From Dehalococcoidia bacterium (GTDB taxonomy: Bacteria; Chloroflexota; Dehalococcoidia; GIF9; AB-539-J10): DNA of 51,549 nt. Of the stretch, positions 25,156 through 34,449 are shown piece by piece. The notes beneath the pieces were generated by a model, which was not told the origin of the DNA, did no database searches, and worked only from the letters and a program-made list of their open reading frames with translations. Within the stretch, counting starts at the first letter, position 1, and each line of letters starts with the position of its first letter. Location: assembly GCA_021160725.1 (NCBI GenBank), contig JAGHCA010000044.1:1-51549 (forward strand), in the 5' to 3' direction. Made by a program: the position numbers and the translations under genes.

Positions 25156-27915
25156 ATGAGCAACAGGGAAAACGGACAGAAATCGGTGCTAGTAATTGGT
25201 GGTGGCATAGCGGGGATCCAGGCTTCGCTGGATCTAGCGAATATGGGCTTTAAGGTATATTTGGTGGAAAAATTGCCCAGCATCGGGGGAAGGATGGCGC
25301 AACTGGATAAGACTTTCCCTACTAATGATTGTGCCATGTGTATTTTGGCACCTAAGATGATTGAAGCGAGTACACATAATAACATAGAGCTTTTAACTTA
25401 TTGTGAAGTAGAAAAAGTTTCCGGGGAAGCAGGGAAATTTGAGGTCAAGGTAAAGAAAAAGTCATCTTTTGTCGATTGGGACAAATGTACAGGGTGCGGC
25501 CTCTGTATCGAAGGCTGCCCTGTCATTCTGCCAAATGAATTCGATCAAGGGATAGGAAAAAGAAAAGCTATATACATGCTATTTCCTCAGGCTGTTCCCA
25601 AGAAATGTGTTATAGACAAAAGGGAAGACCGCCCCTGTAAAGCGGCTTGCATGGATGCCTGTCCAGTTCATACTAACGTACCTGGGTACATCAAACTCGT
25701 TGCTGAAGGAGAGTTCAAAGAGGCTTATAAGCTTATAAGGGAGACAACCCCCCTGCCTGCATGTGTTGGCCGAGTATGCTATGCACCTTGTCAGGATGTC
25801 TGTAATCGCGGTGAAATAGATGAACCATTGTGTATCCGCGACATTAAGCGAGTTCCCTCGGATCAATGGAGTATCGAGGAACTTGAAGTACCGCCAATTA
25901 CAAAGACGGATAAAAAGGTAGCAGTTATAGGCTCGGGACCTGCAGGTCTTGCCGCTGCCAATGACCTTGCTCTAAAAGGGCACAGTGTGACTATCTTTGA
26001 GGCTCTTCCTGAACCCGGAGGTATGCTTCGCGTTGGCATACCGGAATATCGACTTCCCAAGGAAATTTTACGCCAGGAGATAGGCTACATTCAGAAACTT
26101 GGCGTGGAGGTAAAAACGGGCATTCGAGTCGGTAAAGATATCACCCTCGAAAAATTAAAAAAAGACTACGATGCCGTTTTCATTGCTATTGGGACACACG
26201 GTGGCATGAAGCTTGGGGTAGAGGGTGAAGATATTCCCGGAGTAATGGAGGGGATAGGATTTCTCCGCGCTGTAAATCTCGGGGAAAAGATAGATGTTGG
26301 AAATAGGGTAGCAGTGATTGGCGGAGGTAATACAGCTATAGATTGTGCCCGCACAGCAAAGCGCCTGGGAGCAAAAGAGGTGACCATTGTTTACCGCCGT
26401 TCTCGCGCTGAGATGCCAGCTTCCGCGGAGGAAGTGACAGCAGCCGAAGAAGAGGACATAAAGATCGAGTTTCTGACTATTCCAAGCCGCTTCTCTTCTG
26501 AGAATAAAAAGCTTGCCAAGATGGAATGTGTACGCATGAAGCTCGGGGAACCAGATGCCAGCGGGCGCCCTCGACCTATTCCCATTGAGGGTTCTGAATT
26601 TATTATTTCGGTGGATACAGTGATCACTGCATTGGGGCAGACTCCAGAAGCAGATTTTGTTAAACAGTCAGGAGTTTCGCTTTCCAAGAAGGGCACGATA
26701 GAAATTGATGCCAAGACTGGGGTGACCAGTGTTGAAGGAGTATTTGCTGGAGGTGATGTAGTTACAGGACCTGCTTTCGTGATTGATGCCATAGCGGCTG
26801 GGAAAAAGGCTGCTCGCTCTATGGATCAGTATTTGAATGGACAACCTCTTGAGCCAGAGGAAGAATGGAAGGAACCAGAGAAGCTGTCCCAGAAAGAGAT
26901 AGAGGATCTGAAGAAACGCTTTCCTTCCAGAAATAGAGTGGGGATGAGGAGGGAGCCAGCTAAGAAAAGAATCCAGGACTTTCGTGAGGTTGCTCTGGGG
27001 TATTCCTTAGAGGAAGCCTTAGAGGAAGCTTCACGCTGTTTGGCGGGACAAACAGAAGGGTGTATAGAATGCCATGAATGTGAACGACGATGCGAGCCAA
27101 AAGCAATAGTGTATACGAAGAAGGATGAAAGCATCGAGCTAAAGGTAGGCGCGATAATAGTTGCTTCAGGGCTTGGTTTATATGATATTTCAGCGCTACC
27201 AGAATATGGCTATGGCAAAATAAAAAACGTGATTAGCGCTATGGAATTTGAGAGATTGACTGCAGCATCTGGGCCTACTATGGGAGAACTCAGGCGTCCT
27301 TCGGATGGCAAGATACCTGAGAATATAGCTTTTATCCAATGTGTCGGCTCCCGCGATTTCAGGCATAAAGCTTATTGCTCCAGTGTCTGCTGTATGCATT
27401 CAACTAAGGAGGCAATGCTGGCTTTCGAACATCATCCGGGAACAAGATCCTTCATCTTCTACATGGATATGAGGGCTGTGGGCAAAAGATTTCAGGAATA
27501 TATTGCCAGGGCTAAGCAAGAATACAATGTCACTTATATCAGGAGTCGTCCCGGGAGGATTGAAGTTAATCCTGATAACGACAATCCTATTATCTGGTAT
27601 GAGGAAACCTCCAGTGGAGAAGTAAAGAAATTTGAGGTAGAGTTGGTAGTTCTTGCTCAAGCCATGATTCCTCAAATCACCCGGGAGTTGGCAGAAATAC
27701 TAGAAATAGAGTTAGACGAAGATGGCTTTGTGAGGACTGCAGATAGATTTCTGCAACCGCTGGACACTACAAAGCCAGGCATTTTTACCTGTGGCTATGT
27801 CCATAGCCCGCGGGACATCCCAGATTCGGTGACCCAGGCCTCTGGGGCAGCAGGCAGAGTAGCTGAAGAGATTGCTTCATCCCGATTGAATCGGGACTCG
27901 CAAGGAGGTAACTGA
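25156..27915 (+). CDS. HdrA-GltD hybrid lacking the HdrA N-terminal and C-terminal ferredoxin domains
   Basis: 919 aa. Starts directly at the FAD motif (VLVIGGGIAGIQASL). Has NDCAMCILAPKM and CTGCGLCIEGCP, a GltD block (CPVHTNVPGY..GRVCYAPCQDVC, VIGSGPAGLAAA, VIGGGNTAIDCAR..VYRRS), then CVGSRD..YCSSVCCMH. Ends after ..PRDIPDSVTQASGAAG. Confidence 0.85.
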   Translation: MSNRENGQKSVLVIGGGIAGIQASLDLANMGFKVYLVEKLPSIGGRMAQLDKTFPTNDCAMCILAPKMIEASTHNNIELLTYCEVEKVSGEAGKFEVKVKKKSSFVDWDKCTGCGLCIEGCPVILPNEFDQGIGKRKAIYMLFPQAVPKKCVIDKREDRPCKAACMDACPVHTNVPGYIKLVAEGEFKEAYKLIRETTPLPACVGRVCYAPCQDVCNRGEIDEPLCIRDIKRVPSDQWSIEELEVPPITKTDKKVAVIGSGPAGLAAANDLALKGHSVTIFEALPEPGGMLRVGIPEYRLPKEILRQEIGYIQKLGVEVKTGIRVGKDITLEKLKKDYDAVFIAIGTHGGMKLGVEGEDIPGVMEGIGFLRAVNLGEKIDVGNRVAVIGGGNTAIDCARTAKRLGAKEVTIVYRRSRAEMPASAEEVTAAEEEDIKIEFLTIPSRFSSENKKLAKMECVRMKLGEPDASGRPRPIPIEGSEFIISVDTVITALGQTPEADFVKQSGVSLSKKGTIEIDAKTGVTSVEGVFAGGDVVTGPAFVIDAIAAGKKAARSMDQYLNGQPLEPEEEWKEPEKLSQKEIEDLKKRFPSRNRVGMRREPAKKRIQDFREVALGYSLEEALEEASRCLAGQTEGCIECHECERRCEPKAIVYTKKDESIELKVGAIIVASGLGLYDISALPEYGYGKIKNVISAMEFERLTAASGPTMGELRRPSDGKIPENIAFIQCVGSRDFRHKAYCSSVCCMHSTKEAMLAFEHHPGTRSFIFYMDMRAVGKRFQEYIARAKQEYNVTYIRSRPGRIEVNPDNDNPIIWYEETSSGEVKKFEVELVVLAQAMIPQITRELAEILEIELDEDGFVRTADRFLQPLDTTKPGIFTCGYVHSPRDIPDSVTQASGAAGRVAEEIASSRLNRDSQGGN
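25624..27040 (+). other. GltD/NfnB-like insertion within the second HdrA hybrid
   Basis: Same position and motif order as the insertion at 21062-22440. Confidence 0.7.
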
Positions 27916-27916
27916 G

Positions 27917-29596
27917 GTGGATGAACCTCGTATTGGAGTTTTTGTTTGTCATTGCGGCATAAATATCGCGGCGTATGTCAATGTCCCAGAACTTGTTGAA
28001 TATGCCAAGGGGCTACCGAATGTAGTGCATGCTGAGCGTAATTTGTTTACCTGCTCTGAGGAAGGGATTTCAGCGATTAAAAGAGGCATTAAGGAATATA
28101 ACTTGAATCGGGTCCTGGTAGCTTCCTGTACACCTAGAACCCATGAGCCGCTCTTCAGGGCTGCTTGCGAAGATGCGGGCTTGAACAAGTACCTTTTTGA
28201 GTTTGTTAACATAAGAGATCAATGCTCCTGGGTGCATATGCGTGAGCCTGAGAGGGCTACAGAAAAGGCTAAAGACCTTGTAAGGATGGGAGTAGCCAAA
28301 GCTAGATTGCTGGAGCCGCTGGAGGAGATTGAGGTCAAGGTAGCTCCTTCTGCTTTGGTGATTGGAGGTGGGGTTGTTGGAATGGAGGCAGCTTTGAACT
28401 TGGCTAGGCAGGGCTTTGATATTCATTTAGTGGAAAAGGAACCAGAACTTGGGGGGACCCTTCGCAGCGTGTATAAACTTTTCCCCACGAATCAAGAAGC
28501 AACAAAGTTAATCAAACTGTTCGTCGAACAAATTGAGAAGCATCCCAAGATTAAGACCTATCTCTCGTCTAAAGTGAAGGAGGTAACTGGATTTATCGGT
28601 AACTTTGATGTCAATCTGGATGGGAAGGGAGGAGCGAGTAAATTCAATGTAGGTACTATTGTAGTGGCTACCGGGGCTGATAAGTTGAAGCCGGTAGGCC
28701 AATACGGCTACGGTAAGATGTCGAATGTCATCACTCAACTGGAGCTGGAGGAGCGTATGAAGAAAGGGGAGCCTTTGGGCCAGAATGTTGTGATGGTCAA
28801 TTGTGTAGGAGCGCGGATTCCCGAGAGAACTTATTGCAGTAGAATCTGCTGCATGACGGCAATAAAGAATGCCTCTCTCATTAAGGAATCAAACCCTGAA
28901 GCAAGAGTCTGGATACTGCACCGGGACCTTATGACTTATGGTGTGGACTTTGAGAAATATCAGCGAAGAGCCATGGAGATGGGGGTCAGATTTATTAGAT
29001 ATAGCTTAGAGAGTCCTCCTGAAGTTGTCGGGGACGGGAAAGTTGAGAGAATAAAGGTGTACCACGAGCTGTGGGGAAAGGACATAGAACTTCCCTGCGA
29101 TATGCTTGTTTTAACCACTCCTCTTATCGCTGGTGAGGATAATCAGGATATATCCAAGATGCTAAAAGTTTCCTTAGACGAGTTTGGTTTCTTCTTGGAA
29201 GCACATTTAAAACTCCGGCCTGTAGAATTCGCCATGGACGGCATTTACATTTGCGGCTCAGCACGCTGGCCCACAGATGTAGCTGAAGGAATTTCTCAAG
29301 CCTTCGCAGCTGCTTCAAAGGCAGCAGGCCCTCTTAGGTTGGGTTATGTCAAACCGGAGGCGATAAATGCCTGGATTGATGAAGATAAGTGCTCAGGCTG
29401 TGGGATTTGCGAACTTTTATGCCCCTTTCAAGCTATTGAGCTGCAGCCTAGAGATGATAGAAGGGTATCCCATGTCAGTGAAGTTGTGTGCAAGGGGTGT
29501 GGCACCTGTAGTGCCGCCTGTCCTTCGGGAGCAATTATTATGCACCACTTCACAAACGAGCAAATTCTAGCTCAGATAGAAGCTTTGTTCAGCTGA
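27917..29596 (+). CDS. HdrA-like protein with N- and C-terminal domains but no inserted ferredoxin or DCxxC pair
   Basis: 559 aa. Has the N-domain IGVFVCHCGINIAA, FAD motif LVIGGGVVGMEAAL, CVGAR..YCSRICCMT, and the C-terminal CSGCGICELLCP and CKGCGTCSAACP. At the DCxxC position it reads FPTNQEAT. GTG start 7 nt after AAGGAGG. Confidence 0.85.
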   Translation: MDEPRIGVFVCHCGINIAAYVNVPELVEYAKGLPNVVHAERNLFTCSEEGISAIKRGIKEYNLNRVLVASCTPRTHEPLFRAACEDAGLNKYLFEFVNIRDQCSWVHMREPERATEKAKDLVRMGVAKARLLEPLEEIEVKVAPSALVIGGGVVGMEAALNLARQGFDIHLVEKEPELGGTLRSVYKLFPTNQEATKLIKLFVEQIEKHPKIKTYLSSKVKEVTGFIGNFDVNLDGKGGASKFNVGTIVVATGADKLKPVGQYGYGKMSNVITQLELEERMKKGEPLGQNVVMVNCVGARIPERTYCSRICCMTAIKNASLIKESNPEARVWILHRDLMTYGVDFEKYQRRAMEMGVRFIRYSLESPPEVVGDGKVERIKVYHELWGKDIELPCDMLVLTTPLIAGEDNQDISKMLKVSLDEFGFFLEAHLKLRPVEFAMDGIYICGSARWPTDVAEGISQAFAAASKAAGPLRLGYVKPEAINAWIDEDKCSGCGICELLCPFQAIELQPRDDRRVSHVSEVVCKGCGTCSAACPSGAIIMHHFTNEQILAQIEALFS

Positions 29597-29706
29597 TAGA
29601 TAATTTGAACCCAAATGCAGCAAGTGCTCAGTATTGTATCTAGAGAGACTTCAGGAGTGAGAATTCATTCTTAGTGGACTCATTTGGAGGAGGGCCACAG
29701 TTGAAT

Positions 29707-29726
29707 TGCGTAAGTTTGGTATTATG
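29707..29726 (+). repeat. direct repeat copy 1 (TGCGTAAGTT[TGGT]ATTATG)
   Basis: Repeated at 29851-29866 without the TGGT. Both copies lie in the 349-bp gap before hdrA. Confidence 0.5.
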
Positions 29727-29850
29727 TTCTGTGGCGGAAGCAGAGTGGGTATTGCGCCGATAATGCTGATGGCTGGGATTCCAAGATGGGCGGTAATCGG
29801 ATTATCTCCGGGTTGCCTGCAAATCGGATACTTTGTATCTTGTATTTAAC

Positions 29851-29866
29851 TGCGTAAGTTATTATG
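29851..29866 (+). repeat. direct repeat copy 2 (TGCGTAAGTTATTATG)
   Basis: See copy 1. A second short direct repeat, AATCGGAT, occurs at 29795-29802 and 29822-29829. Confidence 0.5.
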
Positions 29867-29945
29867 ATTTTCCCTAGCTTGGCAGTAAAGGGGTGGTTTG
29901 ATACGACATTATGCAATGAACTGTGGTTAAAAAGTGACTGTTCAT

Positions 29946-31934
29946 ATGGAAAATGAGAAAAAGGTCGGGGTTTACATCTGCCACTGTGGGTTGAACATCG
30001 CTGGCACGGTTGATGTGGCAGAGCTAGCGAAATATGCTGCAACCCTGCCTAACGTAGTGATTTCCCGTGACTACCGGTATATGTGCTCGGACCCTGGCCA
30101 GGATCTCATTAAGAATGATATCAAGGAACTGGGACTTAATCGAGTTGTTGTCGCCTCTTGTTCGCCACGGATGCATGAACTCACCTTCCGTAAAGCTTGC
30201 CAGAGTGCCGGTTTGAACCCTTATCTATATGAGCAAGCCAACATCAGGGAGCATTGCTCTTGGGTCCATGCGGATAAAAAGCAGGGCACCAAGAAAGCTA
30301 AGGACCTGGTTCGTGCTGCTGTGCAGCGTGTTTGCTATCACGAGCCTTTGGAGGTCAAAGAAATACCAGTCAATCCTAACACTCTGGTTGTGGGTGGTGG
30401 GATTGCAGGGATAGAGGCGGCCCTGAAATTAGCTAACGGTGGCCACAAGGTTTACTTAGTAGAGAAAGAGCCGTCAATCGGGGGGCATATGATTCAACTG
30501 GACACTACTTTCCCTACCCTTGATTGTTCCGAATGTATTATGACTCCCAAGATGAGTGAGGTAGGACATCATCCTAATATCGAGCTTCTGGCTTATAGTG
30601 AAGTGGAGGAAGTATCAGGGTCTGTGGGTAATTTCAAGGTAAAGGTGAAGAAAAAGGCAAGGTATGTGGACGAAGGCAAATGTATTGGCTGTGGAATTTG
30701 TGAGCAGAAATGTCCTTGGAAGGTGCCGAGCGAGTTCGAAATGGGCTTGGGGAAGAGGGTAGCTATTTATATTCCCTTCGCTCAAGCTATCCCGAATGTT
30801 GCTACGATAGACAAAGACCACTGTGTCTATATTCAATCGGGGGGGAAGAAGTGTGGTGCTTGCATCAAATTCTGTGAGGCCGGGGCTATAGATTTTGACC
30901 AGACGGACCAAATTATTGAGCTAGAAGTGGGTGCGATTATACTGGCTACGGGGTATGATCTCTTGGACCCGAGTCAGATACCGCAATATGGCTACGGGAG
31001 ATACGATAATGTCATAACTGCTCTTGAATTTGAGAGAATGACCTGTGCTGCGGGGCCGAGTTCTGGCAAAATTCAACTTAAGGATGGGAGAGTACCCCAG
31101 AGCGCAGCCATCATTCATTGTGTTGGCAGCCGGGATAAAAATTACCGTGAATATTGCTCCAAAATATGCTGTATGTACGCACTGAAGCATGCCCATCATC
31201 TCAGGGAGAAAATAAATGCCGATGTATATGAAATGTATATTGATATGCGTTGCACAGGGGATGGTTATGAAGAGTTCTATGAGCGTGTTTCTGCGGAAGG
31301 TGTTGTTTTTATAAAAGGCAAGGTAGCTGAGGTGACTGATAGAGCCATTACGGAGGAGGAGAAAGGAAAACTTGTTGTGGTAGCCGAGGATACTCTGCTA
31401 GGAAGACTAGTACGTATTCCTGTGGATATGGTTATTCTTTGTCCTGCCATGATACCGCGGGCTGATGCAGGAGAAGTCGCCAGGATGTTTTCCATTACCC
31501 AGAAGGCAACGGGTTTCTTTCTGGAGCGTCATGCCAAGCTTGAACCTCAAGTTTCAGCCATGGATGGTATTTTTCTGGCCGGTTGTTGCCAATGTCCCAA
31601 GGATATTCCTGATTCTGTGTCTCACGGTAGAGCGGCAGCCGCGGCTGCACTGGAGATAATAGATAGAGGTAGTGTTGTCACTGAAGCTGCCATCGCTTGT
31701 GTAGACAAAACCCTATGTCATGGCTGTGGAATATGTGAAGACATTTGTGAATTTCGAGCTGCAAAGGTGATTCTTAAAGGCGGTAGGATGATATCTACAG
31801 TGAATGAAGCGTTGTGCAAAGGCTGCGGTGTCTGTGCTGTTGCCTGTCCTAGCGGTGCCATGTCCATCAAACATTTCACTCGTGATGAACTATCTACCAT
31901 GGTTAAGGCGCTAGCCCCAGTAGAAAATGGCTGA
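29946..31934 (+). CDS. hdrA: heterodisulfide reductase subunit A (canonical architecture)
   Basis: About 662 aa from ATG 29946 (GTG 29934 is possible). N-domain VYICHCGLNIAG, VVGGGIAGIEAAL, DCSECIMTPKM, inserted ferredoxin CIGCGICEQKCP..CGACIKFC, CVGSRD..YCSKICCMY, and C-terminal CHGCGICEDIC and CKGCGVCAVACP. Confidence 0.9.
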   Translation: MENEKKVGVYICHCGLNIAGTVDVAELAKYAATLPNVVISRDYRYMCSDPGQDLIKNDIKELGLNRVVVASCSPRMHELTFRKACQSAGLNPYLYEQANIREHCSWVHADKKQGTKKAKDLVRAAVQRVCYHEPLEVKEIPVNPNTLVVGGGIAGIEAALKLANGGHKVYLVEKEPSIGGHMIQLDTTFPTLDCSECIMTPKMSEVGHHPNIELLAYSEVEEVSGSVGNFKVKVKKKARYVDEGKCIGCGICEQKCPWKVPSEFEMGLGKRVAIYIPFAQAIPNVATIDKDHCVYIQSGGKKCGACIKFCEAGAIDFDQTDQIIELEVGAIILATGYDLLDPSQIPQYGYGRYDNVITALEFERMTCAAGPSSGKIQLKDGRVPQSAAIIHCVGSRDKNYREYCSKICCMYALKHAHHLREKINADVYEMYIDMRCTGDGYEEFYERVSAEGVVFIKGKVAEVTDRAITEEEKGKLVVVAEDTLLGRLVRIPVDMVILCPAMIPRADAGEVARMFSITQKATGFFLERHAKLEPQVSAMDGIFLAGCCQCPKDIPDSVSHGRAAAAAALEIIDRGSVVTEAAIACVDKTLCHGCGICEDICEFRAAKVILKGGRMISTVNEALCKGCGVCAVACPSGAMSIKHFTRDELSTMVKALAPVENG

Positions 31935-33510
31935 ATTTGAACCTCGCATTATTGTTTTTGCCTGCAACTGGTGTACTTATGCTGCAGCAGATATAGCTGG
32001 CACAAACCGTATCCAATATCCCCCCAATGTAAGAATTATAAGGGTTATGTGTAGCGGCATGGTGGCTCCGGAACATATTTCTCTGGCGCTTGAGAGTGGA
32101 GCTGACGGTGTTTTAGTGGCCGGTTGCCATCCAGGCGACTGTCACTATATTTCGGGTAATTTAAAGGCGGAAGAAAGGGTCCAGATGGTCAGTAAGGTCA
32201 CCAATATGCTTGGTATTGAGGAGGAGAGGGTAAGGCTTAAGTGGATAGCTACATCTGAGGGAACAATATTTGCCCAGACTATCAGAGATATGGTGGAGGA
32301 GCTTAAAAAATTGGGGCCTTCACCTTTCAGGGAATCTCGACAAGTTAGTCAAGAAAAACCTGCTCTGGATTTAGAGGACATTCTTCAAGAGACCAAGGCT
32401 TACTATTGTCTGGAGTGCAGCAAGTGCACCAGCATATGCCCTGTGGCTAAGTATGATTCATCCTGTTCCCCACGGTCTGTGATTGAGGATGTTGCATTGG
32501 GGCTGGAAAGAGAAAGTACTCGTGATAAGAAACTTTTCTCTTGCCTTGGCTGTTATGCCTGCTCTCTAAGATGTCCCACCGATGTTGACTTCCCGGCTTT
32601 CGTGCAAAGAGTCAGGGCATTGGCTTTTGGTGCTGATGAGCATGGCTGCCCGGCTCACGGTGGTTTCTTACACTCCGTTACACGGCTGATGGCACGGTCC
32701 CCGTATAAACAGAAAAGGTTGGGATGGTTAACCAAGGAGTACAGGGTATCTGACAATAGTGATATCTTATACTTTGTTGGGTGTGCACCTTATTTTGACC
32801 CAGTTTTTCAGTATCTGGAGCTGAGAACGCTCGATATTACAGAGGCAAGCTTGAAGATACTAAATCACTTGGGGGTGGAGCCCATGCTACTTCCCGATGA
32901 GAAATGTTGCGGACATGATGCGTTGTGGACAGGAGATACAGAGACCTTTCAGAGACTAGCTGAACATAATACAAGGGTGATAAGGGAAGCCGGGATAAAG
33001 AAGATTATCTTCTCATGCCCTGAAGGTTATCGTACATTTAAGCTAGACTATCCTAAGTATGGGTTTAAGCTGGACTGTGAGTTGCAGCATATCTCCGAAT
33101 TTGTAGCTGGGAAGATGGGGGAGCAGGAATTGAAATTGAAGGAGTTCAGGAAGAAGGTAACTTATCAAGACCCATGCCGATTAGGGAGGCATCTCGGCAT
33201 TTATGATTCTCCGAGGCAATTACTTCAGGCTATTCCTGGGATAGAGCTAGCCGAGATGGAAAAGAACAGGGAGTATGCTCTTTGCTGTGGGACGAGCGCT
33301 TTTACCAACTGTGATTTGTACTCTCATGAAATGAGGGTTGGGCGATTGCAGGAGGCGAAAGCTACTGGTGCAGAAATTCTGGTGACTGACTGCCCAAAGT
33401 GCCAGATACACTTTAGATGTGCTATGAATAACAAGGGCGAAGAAAAAGGCCCTGATATAAATATTGAGGTGATGGACTTGGCAAAGCTTGTAGCGGATGC
33501 TTTAGAATAA
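31927..33510 (+). CDS. MvhD fused to HdrC/HdrB-like CCG protein
   Basis: 527 aa. The N-terminal ~140 aa are MvhD (FACNWCTYAAADIAG, GCHPGDCHY). The remainder is collinear with the separate gene 23987..25153 (CLECSKCTSICP, CLGCYACSLRCP, EKCCGHD, QDPCRLGRH, ALCCGTSAF). ATGGCTGA overlap with hdrA. Confidence 0.85.
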   Translation: MAEFEPRIIVFACNWCTYAAADIAGTNRIQYPPNVRIIRVMCSGMVAPEHISLALESGADGVLVAGCHPGDCHYISGNLKAEERVQMVSKVTNMLGIEEERVRLKWIATSEGTIFAQTIRDMVEELKKLGPSPFRESRQVSQEKPALDLEDILQETKAYYCLECSKCTSICPVAKYDSSCSPRSVIEDVALGLERESTRDKKLFSCLGCYACSLRCPTDVDFPAFVQRVRALAFGADEHGCPAHGGFLHSVTRLMARSPYKQKRLGWLTKEYRVSDNSDILYFVGCAPYFDPVFQYLELRTLDITEASLKILNHLGVEPMLLPDEKCCGHDALWTGDTETFQRLAEHNTRVIREAGIKKIIFSCPEGYRTFKLDYPKYGFKLDCELQHISEFVAGKMGEQELKLKEFRKKVTYQDPCRLGRHLGIYDSPRQLLQAIPGIELAEMEKNREYALCCGTSAFTNCDLYSHEMRVGRLQEAKATGAEILVTDCPKCQIHFRCAMNNKGEEKGPDINIEVMDLAKLVADALE

Positions 33511-33568
33511 ATGCAGCTTGCCTCGACTTTGTCAGGGAGGGTAGAAAAGTAAGGTCTGGAGGCTAGTA

Positions 33569-34447
33569 ATGTGTAAAATAGTAAAAAAGGAGATTCTTGT
33601 CCCCAACACAATTTATCTTAAAGTAGAAGCTGCCGAAATTGCCCGAAAAGCTAAACCAGGGCAGTTTGTCATATTGCGGGTAGATGAAGTTGGGGAGAGA
33701 TTTCCCTTGTCGCTAGCTGGTTGGGATGAGGATAGAGGGACACTCGAAATTCTCTTTCTTATCATGGGGAAAAGTACTATGAAACTCTCTGCTCTTGATG
33801 AGGGCGACTGTATTAGGGATATAGTGGGTCCCCTGGGCAGGCCTACCGAAATTGAATCCTATGGCAATATTCTGTCTGTCTGTAGCACATTTGGAATTGG
33901 TCCTATGGTACCTATGATAAAGGCTCTCAAGGAAAAGGGCAACAAAGTAGTTACAGCCATGGAAGCTAGAGATAAAGCATCTCTATTCTGGGAGGACAGA
34001 TTAAAGAGTGTGAGCGATGAAACATACGTTGTTTTAGGAGATGGGAGCCTTGGGAAACACAGGCGAGTGCGCGAATTTATCACAGAATACCTGGAATCCG
34101 GGAACAAGGTCGATAGGGTCTTCGCATTCGGGCGTATATTTATGATGATGGACTGCTGCAGGGCGACAAAGCCGTTTGATATTAAGACGATTGTCGGTCT
34201 CACGCCAATAATGGTTGATGGTACAGGCATGTGTGGTTGTTGCCGTGTCTCTGTAGGCGGTGAAACGAAATTTACCTGCGTTGACGGCCCCGAATTTGAT
34301 GGTCACTTAGTGGATTGGGAGTTGCTCATTAAGCGGAAACGGGCTTATCTGAGGGAAGAGGCACAGGCATTTAACCTATGGCAACCTGATAACCTGCGGC
34401 GGATTGCAGAGTTATCTGAATTACCCGAGCGAATCTCTGTAATGTAA
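33569..34447 (+). CDS. nfnA: NfnA/SudB-like FAD + [2Fe-2S] subunit (ferredoxin-NADP reductase-like)
   Basis: 292 aa. Carries PGQFVILRVDEVGERFPLSLA and the C-terminal MVDGTGMCGCCRVSVGGETKFTCVDGPEF. Confidence 0.85.
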   Translation: MCKIVKKEILVPNTIYLKVEAAEIARKAKPGQFVILRVDEVGERFPLSLAGWDEDRGTLEILFLIMGKSTMKLSALDEGDCIRDIVGPLGRPTEIESYGNILSVCSTFGIGPMVPMIKALKEKGNKVVTAMEARDKASLFWEDRLKSVSDETYVVLGDGSLGKHRRVREFITEYLESGNKVDRVFAFGRIFMMMDCCRATKPFDIKTIVGLTPIMVDGTGMCGCCRVSVGGETKFTCVDGPEFDGHLVDWELLIKRKRAYLREEAQAFNLWQPDNLRRIAELSELPERISVM

Positions 34448-34449
34448 AA

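Noticed and set aside
27913-27924. Possible TGA read-through or Sec joining the 25156 and 27917 HdrA genes into one protein.
   Set aside because: A second in-frame TGA follows two codons later (27922-27924). The downstream gene is in a different frame and has its own AAGGAGG-N7-GTG start.
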